DNA from: Octopus bimaculoides
Taxonomy: Eukaryota
Assembly (NCBI RefSeq): GCF_001194135.2
Contig: NC_068991.1
Coordinates: 47,566,833-47,630,832, forward strand
Length of the DNA: 64,000 bases
Direction of reading: 5' to 3'
Under the pieces are notes generated by a model that was given only the letters and a program-made list of their open reading frames with translations, was not told the origin of the DNA and ran no database searches. Positions 51,101 through 60,859 of the stretch are shown piece by piece. The translations under genes were made by a program, and so were the position numbers. Each line of letters starts with the position of its first letter. Within the stretch, counting starts at the first letter, position 1.

Positions 51101-54100
51101 ATTTGTGTGTGTGTGTGTATTTCCTTGTCTTGACATCATGTGACGCTTGTAAATGAGTGCCACTGTCATACAAGCAGTGTTGTTCATGGTCAGACATGCA
51201 GAAACATCTCTGGTCATAGGGAAATATTACCTTACATGGAGACAGATAAGGGTTGGCAATAAGAAGGGCATCTGTCCAAAGAAAATCTGTCTCAATAAAT
51301 TCTATCCCCAATGCATACAAGAATGAAAAAGTGGACATTAACCCTTTAGCATTTAAACCAGCCATATCTGACCCAAATATTCTACCTGCTTTATGTTCAA
51401 ATTGACCAGATTCAGCATTTTACAATGTCATTCTAAAAATAAACAATTATAGCTTTGAAACCTCTACACTACAAGATGATACATGATTAACTTTTTTAAA
51501 AATGTAAATAAATAAGCGTTATATTTGATAGAGTAATCTGAATGCTAAAGGATTAAAATGATGATGTACAGGAACATAACTAAATATTACAAGTCATTTG
51601 GTTTGCAAATCCACCAATTCCACCTTCCACTGAAAATACTGATCTGTTTCTTCTTATTTTGCATTATATAATTACCTCAAACTCAGAGATTTCTTTCTCA
51701 GCATGATTGTTCACTACACACCTGCTGCCTTTATCTGTAATCCCCTTTGTATGCCGTAAGATCAAAGAAAAAATAGGTATGATAACAAGGGAGAAGATAA
51801 ATGTTGGAAGGAGGAAGAAAACAGCCAAGTGCTTCTGCAGATGTGAAACTAGTTCACAAAACAAAGATTTGCAAATATTGGAGAGAAAAAAGAGAGGCTG
51901 TCATTAAGTTTCCAATATGGTCAAATCTGCGTTAACCTTTTAGCATTCAGATTATTTTGTCAAACATAATACTTATTTATTCATATTGTTTTGAATCAAT
52001 CAAGCATTATCTCACAACTTCAAGATTTCAACGATGTGATTGTTTATTTTTAGAATAATATTGTAGAGATGGTGTAAGAGGTCCAATCTGGTCAGTTTGA
52101 ACATAAAACAGGTGGGATTTTCAGGCCAGATATGGCTGGTTTGAATACTAAAGGATTAATAATGATGTAAATTTAATTACAAAGATGTACGGACATACTG
52201 CTATGAATAAAATGGAAGTGTAAAGGTGCTGGTGGCATGAAAAATACATCCAATACATGTTGTAAAATTGTTCACATTAGGAAGGGAAGTCAGCTATACA
52301 AACAGTGCCAAAGCAGGCACTAGAACACAATGTAGTTCTTGGACCCATCAAACTGTCTTAACCATGTAAAGCATGGAAGATAGACATTAAACAGTAATGC
52401 TAATGATGAAATGGAATGCAAGGTGTCTGCTCTCAGTTCTTCTTAAAGAAAGCATAACAAATGTTAAAGAAAGATGCAGGTATGACTGTGTGGCCAAGAA
52501 GTTTGCAAGCGTGCAGTTTCAGGTTAGAACCAACTGCACAGTACCTTAGATGTCTTCTACCGTAGCCTCAAGCTGATCAATACCTTGTGAGTGATTTGAG
52601 AGAAAGAAACTGAACAAAACAGGTAACATACATACATAGCTACATACATATATATATGTGTTTGTATACACACACACACACACACACACACATACAAGGG
52701 GTGCTGAAAAGTTCCTGGCTTTGGGTAAAAGAAAATACAGGAGAATCAGTTAATTATGATTTTATTCAACGTATTCCCCTTTTTGATCCACACACTTATT
52801 GCAGCGTTCCTTCAGCTTTTCTAAACACTGAAAAGAAACCTTGGAAGGTTGGACCTCCAACAAGGCCTTTTGCAATATCCTTAAAGCCAGGAACTTTGCA
52901 GCACCCACTCATTATTACCTACACACGCACACATATCATCACCATCATTTTTACATCCACTTTTCCATGCTTTCATGCGTTATACAGAATTTTGTTGAGG
53001 CAGGATTTTCTATGGCCATATGCCCTTTCTTTCAGCGACCTTCACCTATTTTCAAGTAAGGAAATATTTTCCCATAACCAGGCAGAAGACTCGGGCCAAA
53101 AGGCACTACTTGTATGATGATAGCATTTGTTTACAATTATCAAGCAATGTTATGGCGAGGAGACAATAATTATAATCTACACACACACAATGGAATGTAG
53201 ATGTACTATCAGTTTTCAGTATATATTATACAATTTATCTCACTGTTTCAGTATGTATTATGTGTAAGTTTGCTATTTCAGCTAGTTCGTTTCTGCACCT
53301 GTATTGTACAAATGGAAGGAAGTAGAGACAGACACCAAATGATTTTAATAGAAAAATACGATATAAATAATACCTTTTCATTTGATTTCAAATTGTCCAA
53401 CATTATAGCCTTAGACGATTTTGTAAATTTGCTTGTATCAACAACAGGGGCTGGTTTTAGATCCTTTGTAGCAGGATATTGGTCTTCATTTTTGTCCTAA
53501 AAAAATGCAAATAATTTTGAATATTTATAAACACATTTTCTAAAATATAACAACTGTAATGTGTAAATAGAGTTATGAAAATGGCAGAAAACAAGCAACA
53601 GAAAGAGTGACTGTGTATGTGCAGGCATTAGTGAGTGGTTAAGAAGTTTACTTCCCAACCACATGGTTTCAGGTTCAGTTTTACTGCATGGGACTTTGGG
53701 CTACAGTTTTCTACTATAGCACCAGACCAACCAAAGCATTGTGAGTGGATTTTGTAGATGGAAACTAAAAGAAACCCATTGTGTATATAATGTGTGCATG
53801 TGAGTGTATGCATGTATATGTGTGTCTATGTTTCTGTCTTGACATAGTGTGACTGTTGTAAATGATTGTCACCATCATACAATTGGTAGCCTTCATTTTC
53901 AATCTGATTTGGAGAGAGAGATTATAACCAACCTGTGAGATGAAAATATTATTACTTGCATAGGCACAGGTGTGGCTATGTAGTAAGAAGCTTGATTCCC
54001 TACCACATGGTTCCAGGTTCAGTTCCACTGTGTGGCACCCTGGGCAAGTGTCTTCTACTATAACCTCAGGCCAACCAAAACCCAAAGCCTTGTGAGTGGC

Positions 54101-57100
54101 TTTGGTAGATGGAAACTGAAAGAAGCCTGTTGTGTATGTGTGTGTGTGTGTGCGTATCTATGTTTGTTCTCCACCACCACTTGACAACTGGTGTTGGGTG
54201 TGTTTATGTCCCTGTAATATAGCAGTTCAGCAAAAGAGACTGATAGAATAAGTACCAGGCTTTAAAAGAAAATTCCTTGGGTCAATTTGTTTGACTAAAA
54301 CCCTTCAAGGTGGTGCCCCAGCATGGCTACAGTCAAATGACTGAAACAAGTAAAAGCTAAAAGAACCCAGTTCTTGCTTCTTTCAACACTTACAAAATCA
54401 TGTTCAGTTTCAGCACTTTTGCTCAGCATATTGTTCATTCTTTTCTTTTGTTTGTAGACAACATTTTCAGAAAACTTTGCTTGATTTCCAAGAAGTATAT
54501 ATTCTTCCTCATCAGGTAGTGCCCCTCCATAGGAATGTACAGGAACTGTTCTATTTGTATGATTTTTTTCAATGTTTTCCATTTGCATCTGAGAAAAAAA
54601 TTATAAAACCAGAAGAATAGACATAAACTATTGTTAATAAATCACTCACTCTAAATCAGAGACATTAATCAATCATAGACTATCAATCAATGAGTGAGAA
54701 ATACACTGCCAGTATGTTCTTTCCTAATGTAAGACACTTGGGTGAAATATAAGGGAAAATTAGCTGCTGTTTGTAATAGATTGAATTACAATTGTTTGTA
54801 CAGAGAGTGGATATGAGTTACTTACAGCAGATGTGATAGGTAGAGGGTCAAAGGGCTAACAAGGTTTAATTAGACACATACATTACAAATGTGTGTGTGT
54901 GTGTGTATGATGAGCTTCTTTCAGTTTCCATCGAACAAATCTGGTCACAGGACTGTTGTTAAAATCATTATTGTTAAAATAGCATTATTAATGATGTACT
55001 GAGGGCAGTGGATTGTCAGAATCATTAGATTATTGATAAGAATGCTTTGTGGTTTTTCTTCTGACACTTTATGTCCCTGGTTCAAATCCCACCAAGGTCA
55101 ACTTGTCTTTCATATTTTCAGGGTTGATAAAATAAAGTACCAGTGAAGTACTGGGGCTGATGGTATCAATTAATCCTCTTTTCTCCATCTGCCTAAGTTA
55201 GAAACCATGAATACTGATGTTATTCATTAATTGAATTAGTTGAATTATTTCACTTCATGATAGAGCTTTGATATGGTCCCTTGTTATGTTAGAAATTGCA
55301 AACAAATCTCCTTATAATTATATCCTATTCTTTCAAACAACAAAAATGTCTTAGATGGTCTGATACAATCACACACTCCTGTATTAAACAACACTAACAT
55401 GAACGGAAGTAATAACACAAAACAGAAAAAGAATTCAACAACACAAACATGTAGTTTTGTGTGAGTGTTTTGTAAAATCAGGAAGTGAAAAAAGAAGTGA
55501 ATAGAGTTAAAGATGTAGACATCACAGTGAATAACAATCATTGCTTGATTTAACTGAAAAGGGATAATAGTCATGTTGAAACTTTCAAAACAAATCATAA
55601 ATATTATATTATGAAAATATATCCAGACTAGAATTAAGATTGTACAAATCATTTCAAACTGAACAAAAAGGTTATATAAATATATATATATAGTTCAAAT
55701 TTACAGAAAACAAAAGACAAAGACAGATGAAGGAACAAGCAGGTGTATTAGTTTGATGCTCAGGAAGAATAGAAAAGTCTTTGATGTTTCAAGCCTACGC
55801 TCTTCAACAGAAAGAATTGAGAGCAAAAAAAAGGAGAGAAAACACAAAACAACAGAGAAAGAAAAAAATGTGTAGGAATCAAAGGTTCAACATGATGAAA
55901 TAGCTGGAAGAAAGAGGCTGAGTGAAAGGGAGATAGTAACAGTGACTTGGCCAAACTCGGGTGTGCAAGCACATATGTGTATGTGGAAAGGGTGTGTGAG
56001 TGTGTATGTGTGGATGGGGGCAAGCGTGTATAAATATATGTGTGGGTGNNNNNNNNNNNNNNNNNNNNNNNNNNNNNNNNNNNNNNNNNNNNNNNNNNNN
56101 NNNNNNNNNNNNNNNNNNNNNNNNNNNNNNNNNNNNNNNNNNNNNNNNNNNNNNNNNNNNNNNNNNNNNNNNNNNNNNNNNNNNNNNNNNNNNNNNNNNN
56201 NNNNNNNNNNNNNNNNNNNNNNNNNNNNNNNNNNNNNNNNNNNNNNNNNNNNNNNNNNNNNNNNNNNNNNNNNNNNNNNNNNNNNNNNNNNNNNNNNNNN
56301 NNNNNNNNNNNNNNNNNNNNNNNNNNNNNNNNNNNNNNNNNNNNNNNNNNNNNNNNNNNNNNNNNNNNNNNNNNNNNNNNNNNNNNNNNNNNNNNNNNNN
56401 NNNNNNNNNNNNNNNNNNNNNNNNNNNNNNNNNNNNNNNNNNNNNNNNNNNNNNNNNNNNNNNNNNNNNNNNNNNNNNNNNNNNNNNNNNNNNNNNNNNN
56501 NNNNNNNNNNNNNNNNNNNNNNNNNNNNNNNNNNNNNNNNNNNNNNNNNNNNNNNNNNNNNNNNNNNNNNNNNNNNNNNNNNNNNNNNNNNNNNNNNNNN
56601 NNNNNNNNNNNNNNNNNNNNNNNNNNNNNNNNNNNNNNNNNNNNNNNNNNNNNNNNNNNNNNNNNNNNNNNNNNNNNNNNNNNNNNNNNNNNNNNNNNNN
56701 NNNNNNNNNNNNNNNNNNNNNNNNNNNNNNNNNNNNNNNNNNNNNNNNNNNNNNNNNNNNNNNNNNNNNNNNNNNNNNNNNNNNNNNNNNNNNNNNNNNN
56801 NNNNNNNNNNNNNNNNNNNNNNNNNNNNNNNNNNNNNNNNNNNNNNNNNNNNNNNNNNNNNNNNNNNNNNNNNNNNNNNNNNNNNNNNNNNNNNNNNNNN
56901 NNNNNNNNNNNNNNNNNNNNNNNNNNNNNNNTGCATCAACTTGCTATAAAAGCAGGTAGTAATTTTACCTTGTACTTATTCTTAGTGCAAGTTTTAAAGA
57001 GTGCAGTTCGATTTTAACAGTTATTTTCTCAAAGCTATAATGGAAGTGACAAAGGAGCATATTCGGCATATTTTGCTTTATGAGTTCAATAAAGGCAACA

Positions 57101-60100
57101 ACGCAATGGAAAGTGCGAGGAATATTAATGAAGTATATGGAAATCAGACAATAAGTTTAAGCCAGTGTTAATGATGGTTCCAGAAATTCTGAGCCGGAAA
57201 CTACAGCCTAGAAGACAAGCCTTGTCCTGGAAGATCTGTAGAGCTTGGCGAGGATGTCCTGCAAACCCTGGTGGAACAGATCCTATTGTAACTGTTGAGG
57301 AACTAGCAGAAAAACTTGGATTTGGTCATTCAACCATTCATTGACACCTGCGTGCCATTGGGTTCCTCACAAACTTTCCGAGTCTAATCATGTGCAGAGA
57401 GTAAATGTGTGCTCCTCTTTGCTGTCACATCTCATGAATGAACCTTTTTTGGAATGAATAGTGACTGGTGATGAGAAATGGGTTCTCTATAAAAATGTCA
57501 AATGCTGAAGACAGTGGGTAGGGAAAGGAAAAACACCAGCACTCCAGGCTAAAGGTCTTCACCTGCGTAAAGTGTTGTTATCTGTTTGGTAGGATATGAA
57601 AGATTTAGTCCACTTTGAACTTTTAAGCTCAAACCAAATGATAACAAAGGAGATCTACTGCGAGCAGCTTAAGTCAGCACTAGAAGAAAGACGACCATCT
57701 TTGGTTTCAAGACGAAAGGTGTTATTCCATCAGGATAATGCTCAACCACATACAGTGAGGATGACATTCTAAAGGCTGGAGCAGCTTGAATGGGAAACAA
57801 TGCCCCACCCACCATATTCGCCAGACATTGCCCCATCAGATTATCATTTATTCCACAGTATGAGGCTTGGAAGAGGCATTCTTGATTCAACTGTCACTTC
57901 CTAGCCAAAGGAGAGAAGGTGATATTTCAGTCAGGACTGTCTAAATGAAGAAAGTACAAAGCTAGTCAGCTCTGAAGAGCAGCTGTTACTGTAGTGGTAT
58001 TAGAAAAGTTAGAGTGGAGACAGTATGTTTTTTGGTCAGAAGATGAAAGGTGATGATAAGTGACTTTATGTTAATCAACTAGGTGGCAGATTTGGGGTGC
58101 GGTCAAGAATGTTTGTACATGTATCAGCAACACCATCCTAGATGTAGGAGTCATACTCCATTGTGGGTCTTACCTGAGCTTTATAAAGGATTTCTAGTTT
58201 TTTTGTTCAAGTAGAGGAAGGCCAGTCTTTCTCATGAATTTTTTTCCATCTTGAGGATATGTGTTTGCCACAAGATACTCAGTGAGGGTGAAACTTAGCA
58301 ATGAGTGACCTCAAGAGATCTTCATGCCTGTTGTTCATGTAAAAGATACTAATGTCTAATCTAAAATTATAGAATAACTTAAGACCAAGACAGAGCAAGA
58401 ATTGTTGATTTTTCAAGTAATCTATATTACTTCCAGATACATCAGTGTCAACCTCCCAGTTATGTCTTTTATGGAGAGTCTAATTCTAAGAGTGGAGGCG
58501 CAATGGCCCAGTGGTTAGGGCAGCGGACTCACAGTCATAGGATCACGGTTTCGATTCCCAGACCGGGCGTTGTGAGTGTTTATTGAGCAAAAACACCTAA
58601 AGCTCAATGAGGCTCCGGCAGGGGATGGTGGCGAACCCTGCTGTACTCTTTCACCACAGCTTTCTCTCACTCTTACTTCCTGTATTTCAAAGGGTCAGCC
58701 TTGTCACACTGTGTCAAACTGAATATCCCCAAGAACTAGGTTAAGGGTACACGTGTCTGTGGAGTGCTCAGCCACTTGCACGTTAATTTCACGAGCAGGC
58801 TGTTCAGTTGATCGGATCAACTGGAACCCTCGACGTCGTAAGCGACGGAGTGCCAACAATTCTAAGGATATACTGAATTAAATATTGCTCAGTGACTAAA
58901 CCGAGAACTCATGACATGGAAAGATTATGACCAACCAATAAGGTGAACATATTACTTAAAGGAACCCAGCAGTTTCCTAAACAGTTCTTGTTTCTTTCAA
59001 CACTTACTAAATCATGTTCAGTTTCAGCACTTTTGCTCAGTATATTGTTCATTCTTTTCTTTTGTTTGTAGATAACATTATCAGAAAACTTTGCATGATT
59101 TCCAAGAAGTACATATTCTTCCTCATCAGGTGGTACACCTCCACAGGAATCAGCAGGAACAGTTCCATTTGTATGATCTCTTTCAATCTGAGTAAAAAAA
59201 ATTAAAACCAAAATAGTTCAGATATTAAAATCATTCACTATAAATCAGAGACATTAACCAATCACGGTTAATCAGTTAACGAGATTAGCTCGGCTCTTTA
59301 TTTCCATATTATGATTCTGTTATGATATAAGAAACAAGCATTACGCGTCCCAAGGTGAAGAGAACACTGCTTCAATTCTAAGAGAGAATACACACATACA
59401 CACACGTTTGTTTTTATATACAGTTATACCTAAAAACAGTTGCCATTCTTATCACTAAAACTTGTCTGTTTTTCAAATAAGGAATCTTTTACTTTACATG
59501 ACTTCCAAGGTGTGAGATGATCAGCTGACAATAATACTGTTTGGAGTGAGCAACTTTTGCAGAGTGCGTCTGTGTGTGTGTGTGTAAAGCAGGCTTCTTT
59601 TAGTTTCCATTTACCAAATTTGCTCATATGGTTTCAGCTGTCCTGGGGTTAAAGTAGAAGACGTTTGCTCAAGATTGTACACAGTGGAAGTGAACCATAA
59701 ACTACGTGGTTGAGAAGCACAATTCTTAAACACACAGACATCAGTATTATGCAGCAAATAGTTACATCATCAATACATAGAAATGACATTTCCACATTAA
59801 AACATCTTCAGGTAGACTCTCTGACCTGGTGATGTCATAATTTTCTAGGTCAAGGGGGAAAAGACAGAATCCAAGAACACTTGTTATTGAAATACTGCAT
59901 TCATTTGGTCATTCAGTTTCTACTACCGCAACAGTTGGTTATCTATATATTTCTGTCTTGATGTTGATGCAGTCTTTGTCCTTCATATGGCATGCACAAG
60001 AGAAAATAAACTCATTTATTTTCCTTTTTAGATGACATGCACAGGTAGGAAATAAAAACTAGAAAGGCTTACCAAATATTTGACATTATCAGAGTTTAGA

Positions 60101-60859
60101 TAATAATGCCAACACACCCTTGGGTGGTAAATGGTATTAACTGAGAACCTGATATTGCTTCCAAGAAGTATGTACTCGTCACTTACATGTGGATCACAGG
60201 AGTCTTCTGAATGAATCTGGTTATCATCATTTTCTTTCTAATTAAGATAAAAACAAAAACAAAAAAAGCAGCATTTAGAAGTCACCATTAAAATATATAA
60301 TTACAAAGTTTTTCCTACAAAAAAAAAAGGCATAGTTAATATTTAATTAATTCTGGAAATAGTTATAGCAAGGGTATGAAAACAACATAGATACTCTTTT
60401 ACTTGTTTCAGTCATTTGACTGTGGCTATACTGGAGCAACGCCTTTAGTCGAGTAAATCGACCCCAGGACTTATTCTTTGGATGCCTAGTATTTATTCTA
60501 TCGGTCTATTTTCAGTAAAAGAACATGACTGTAAAACAATGTCTCAACAACATATTTGTTTAATCCATGCAAGCATGGAAAAACAGACACAAAAACAAAT
60601 GAAGAATACATAGTTTTACTTATATTTTAATTAATATTGAATAAATAAATGTACAAAAACTTTAAAACAAGCAATACCTTTTTTATACTGAAATATCTTT
60701 TTGGTTTGTAACAGATATTTCCTTCAAACTTTTCGTTTTTTCCCAGCAGCATATAATCCTCATTCAAGTCATGTTCTTTTACTGAAAAGTCACTTGATAA
60801 ACAAGTAACAGGGCCTTCACGTCTCTTCTTTCTTTGTAGACATGGTTCAAACAACACAC
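27384..60859 (-). CDS. MDM1: Nuclear/centriolar microtubule-binding protein MDM1 homologue, 5'-incomplete, about 20 coding exons, at least 1085 aa
   Basis: Motifs matching recalled MDM1 blocks: GVLFEPCLQRKKR; LLYRSGL...TEYQKNF; SEYQRNF; SEYQKNFNSPSKFAYVKNAW; WYKQVLELRDKAAKYRQRALDSHF; C-terminal SDVLERTRKRMNFW*. Exon phases chain without stops. The start codon and the first SEY repeat were not located. Confidence 0.88.
28716..28823 (-). CDS. MDM1: Probable MDM1 exon
   Basis: AATGCAG| (S)LDMNSWLSTLQYWNLDNLQIHWCRNLRCLSLMKQV T|GTAAGA, phase 1 to 1; not required for frame. Confidence 0.55.
29895..30047 (-). CDS. MDM1: MDM1 exon
   Basis: TTTCTAG| (S)NKNSSSKRTKPLKSQENLPFKNFARSNIISALKPHYEHLSDTYNVHPHSK T|GTAAGT, phase 1 to 1. 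Confidence 0.8.
31147..31318 (-). CDS. MDM1: MDM1 exon
   Basis: ATTGTAG| SCDSMFTRAPLFGKSSKNKPVIMQQQQKALPNSAPSKKSYHSFLSMYNPIASTKEVK T|GTAAGT, phase 0 to 1. Confidence 0.8.
31556..32245 (+). mobile_element. Decayed mariner (DD34D) transposase in an MDM1 intron
   Basis: WVP motif, LTQDE, KGHTINGEYY, FHQDNAPAH, HPPYSPDFAQSDYYLF, with stops and frameshifts. Confidence 0.85.
32379..33212. mobile_element. Fold-back DNA element with long TIRs (about 200-230 bp) and 8-bp TSD, nested in one SINE and containing another
   Basis: CAGAGTTC at 32371-32378 and 33213-33220; arms about 32379-32612 and 33008-33212 are reverse complements. Confidence 0.85.
33629..33693 (-). CDS. MDM1: MDM1 exon
   Basis: CTTCCAG| (V)YHLDLVSKVSENYRRPKQIFK |GTAAGT, phase 1 to 0. 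Confidence 0.8.
33801..34393 (-). CDS. MDM1: MDM1 large acidic low-complexity exon
   Basis: CTTCCAG|G PEMFSFKNNKLRSLSP...CHIDADNE G|GTAAGT, 593 nt, phase 2 to 1; within ORF 33754-34425. Confidence 0.85.
35305..35648 (-). mobile_element. tRNA-derived SINE family; other copies at about 32685-32940, 60390-60510, 61725-62072 and 63035-63395
   Basis: Minus-strand head GGAGTGGCTGTGTGGTAAGTAGC...GGTTCAGTCCC, CTTGGGCAAGTGTCTTCTAC core, tail ...GAAACAAGTAAAAGAGTA. Confidence 0.85.
36799..37022 (-). CDS. MDM1: MDM1 exon with conserved WY-x2-V-x-ELR block
   Basis: TTAATAAG| VTTENISYEDWYKQVLELRDKAAKYRQRALDSHFCSKHMVQLISKETEKWE...ITYY CC|GTAAGT, phase 0 to 2. Confidence 0.88.
37185..37436. repeat. Imperfect inverted repeat of about 250 bp with hammerhead-like motif remnants
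   Basis: Arms about 37185-37295 and 37326-37436 (AGAGATGACAAAGGAATAAATG / CATTTATTCCTTTGTCATCTCT). Confidence 0.85.
37470..37758. other. Assembly gap (N run)
   Basis: N run between (TA)n and a (GAT)n-tailed repeat copy. Confidence 1.
38975..39062 (-). CDS. MDM1: MDM1 exon with SEYQKNF repeat
   Basis: CCTTTAG| (V)VLMSEYQKNFNSPSKFAYVKNAWVNKDPQ |GTAAAG, phase 2 to 0. Confidence 0.9.
40124..40169 (-). CDS. MDM1: MDM1 46-nt exon
   Basis: TTTTACAG| (S)VTSHPELKNDKSPP GT|GTGAGT, phase 1 to 2. Confidence 0.75.
40903..40927 (-). CDS. MDM1: MDM1 25-nt micro-exon
   Basis: CTTTACAG| MKRAKSLE T|GTAAGA, phase 0 to 1, needed to bridge phases. Confidence 0.7.
41316..41703 (+). mobile_element. Full-length tRNA-derived SINE with TSD
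   Basis: GGCCCAGTGGTTAG (A box), GTTTCGATTCCC (B box), (CAA)n tail; TSD AGTAGCTGTAT at 41305-41315 and 41704-41714. Confidence 0.9.
42739..43167 (-). CDS. MDM1: MDM1 exon with SEYQRNF repeat
   Basis: CATTCAG| NLFHSGSHFTQAPSQNDYAVKQSEYQRNFCSPLPEK...DKTEPKHK |GTTGGT, 429 nt, phase 0 to 0. Confidence 0.88.
45208..45339 (-). CDS. MDM1: MDM1 exon with TEYQKNF repeat
   Basis: CCACCAG| KLLGLLYRSGLGPPRSSAMRFTEYQKNFTVKKPLKTDSLVQKPK |GTAACT, phase 0 to 0. Confidence 0.9.
45591..45634 (+). ncRNA. Candidate minimal type I hammerhead ribozyme, Penelope-type
   Basis: CTGATGA 45595-45601; stem II GATC/GATT; GAAA 45616-45619; stem III ATAGC-A-GCTAT; predicted UA cleavage after 45630; stem I only about 3 bp. 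Confidence 0.5.
46629..47042. mobile_element. Fold-back element: inverted hammerhead-bearing arms around a tRNA-like head
   Basis: Arms about 46629-46800 and 46878-47042 are reverse complements; tRNA-like 46805-46877 in the loop; hammerhead consensus GACAC CTGATGA A GGCTG..CAGCC GAAA CGTT GTGTT. Confidence 0.75.
46805..46877 (+). pseudogene. tRNA-like sequence (SINE head), anticodon position ACT
   Basis: TGGCATAGTGG A box, GTTCGATTCC B box, CT-ACT-AA loop. Several stem mismatches and no long Ser-type variable arm, so not called a functional tRNA. Confidence 0.65.
47246..47338 (-). CDS. MDM1: MDM1 93-nt exon, duplicate copy 2
   Basis: ATTTAAG| VEQIVNSVKSPVKKSVISENSSPTKHSDNQE |GTTAGT, phase 0 to 0. 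Confidence 0.75.
47730..49200 (-). mobile_element. Decayed Mutator-like (MULE) DDE transposase in an MDM1 intron; ends approximate
   Basis: In order on the minus strand: GYRSIDL...C..C, YLVNCQFIMAM...FCANMDSPP, VSCDGSWQKRGFSS, NYTGAAGNME, YLGDGDS, ECCGHVQKRMG, GRLT, KCLHGGAQNNNDS; frameshifted. Confidence 0.8.
49500..49592 (-). CDS. MDM1: MDM1 93-nt exon, duplicate copy 1
   Basis: ATTTAAG| GDEIMCPEKSPVKKSVMFETSSPKNLSDNEE |GTTAAT, phase 0 to 0. Confidence 0.7.
49850..50469 (+). mobile_element. 3' fragment of an RTE-clade LINE
   Basis: LRHILDIKWTDHITN; WLGHVDRMPDGRIPKDLLYGEL; FKDICKRD; C-terminal C..C...C..H motif. Confidence 0.85.
51676..51744 (-). CDS. MDM1: Probable MDM1 exon
   Basis: ACAAAG| GITDKGSRCVVNNHAEKEISEFE |GTAATT, phase 0 to 0; acceptor is weak. 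Confidence 0.5.
52699..52906. mobile_element. Mariner-type MITE of about 208 bp
   Basis: 24-bp TIRs GGGTGCTGAAAAGTTCCTGGCTTT (52699-52722) and AAAGCCAGGAACTTTGCAGCACCC (52883-52906), one mismatch. Confidence 0.8.
53374..53496 (-). CDS. MDM1: MDM1 exon
   Basis: TTTTTAG| DKNEDQYPATKDLKPAPVVDTSKFTKSSKAIMLDNLKSNEK |GTATTA, phase 0 to 0. Confidence 0.75.
54394..54588 (-). CDS. MDM1: MDM1 exon, repeat motif copy d
   Basis: TTCTCAG| MQMENIEKNHTNRTVPVHSYGGALPDEEEYILLGNQAKFSENVVYKQKKRMNNMLSKSAETEHDF |GTAAGT, phase 0 to 0. Confidence 0.8.
56049..56931. other. Assembly gap (N run)
   Basis: N run between MDM1 repeat exons c and d. Confidence 1.
56940..57860 (+). mobile_element. Decayed mariner transposase (ATG at 57040)
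   Basis: MEVTKEHIRHILLYEFNKG..., IVTGDEKWVLY, FHQDNAQPH, HPPYSPDIAPSDYHLF, with in-frame stops. Confidence 0.88.
58491..58857 (+). mobile_element. Full-length tRNA-derived SINE with TSD, same family as 41316-41703
   Basis: Same head and tail; TSD AATTCTAAG at 58482-58490 and 58858-58866. Confidence 0.9.
59008..59187 (-). CDS. MDM1: MDM1 exon, repeat motif copy c
   Basis: TACTCAG| IERDHTNGTVPADSCGGVPPDEEEYVLLGNHAKFSDNVIYKQKKRMNNILSKSAETEHDL |GTAAGT, phase 0 to 0. Confidence 0.8.
60073..60237 (-). CDS. MDM1: MDM1 exon, repeat motif copy b (donor ambiguous)
   Basis: TTAATTAG| KENDDNQIHSEDSCDPHVSDEYILLGSNIRFSVNTIYHPRVCWHYYLNSDNVKYL |GTAAGC; alternative in-frame donors would end the exon at 60187 or 60118. 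Confidence 0.65.
60678..60859 (-). CDS. MDM1: MDM1 exon (most 5' found), carries repeat motif copy a
   Basis: TTTTTAG|GT VLFEPCLQRKKRREGP...NEDYMLLGKNEKFEGNICYKPKRYFSIKK |GTATTG, phase 1 to 0. Confidence 0.85.
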
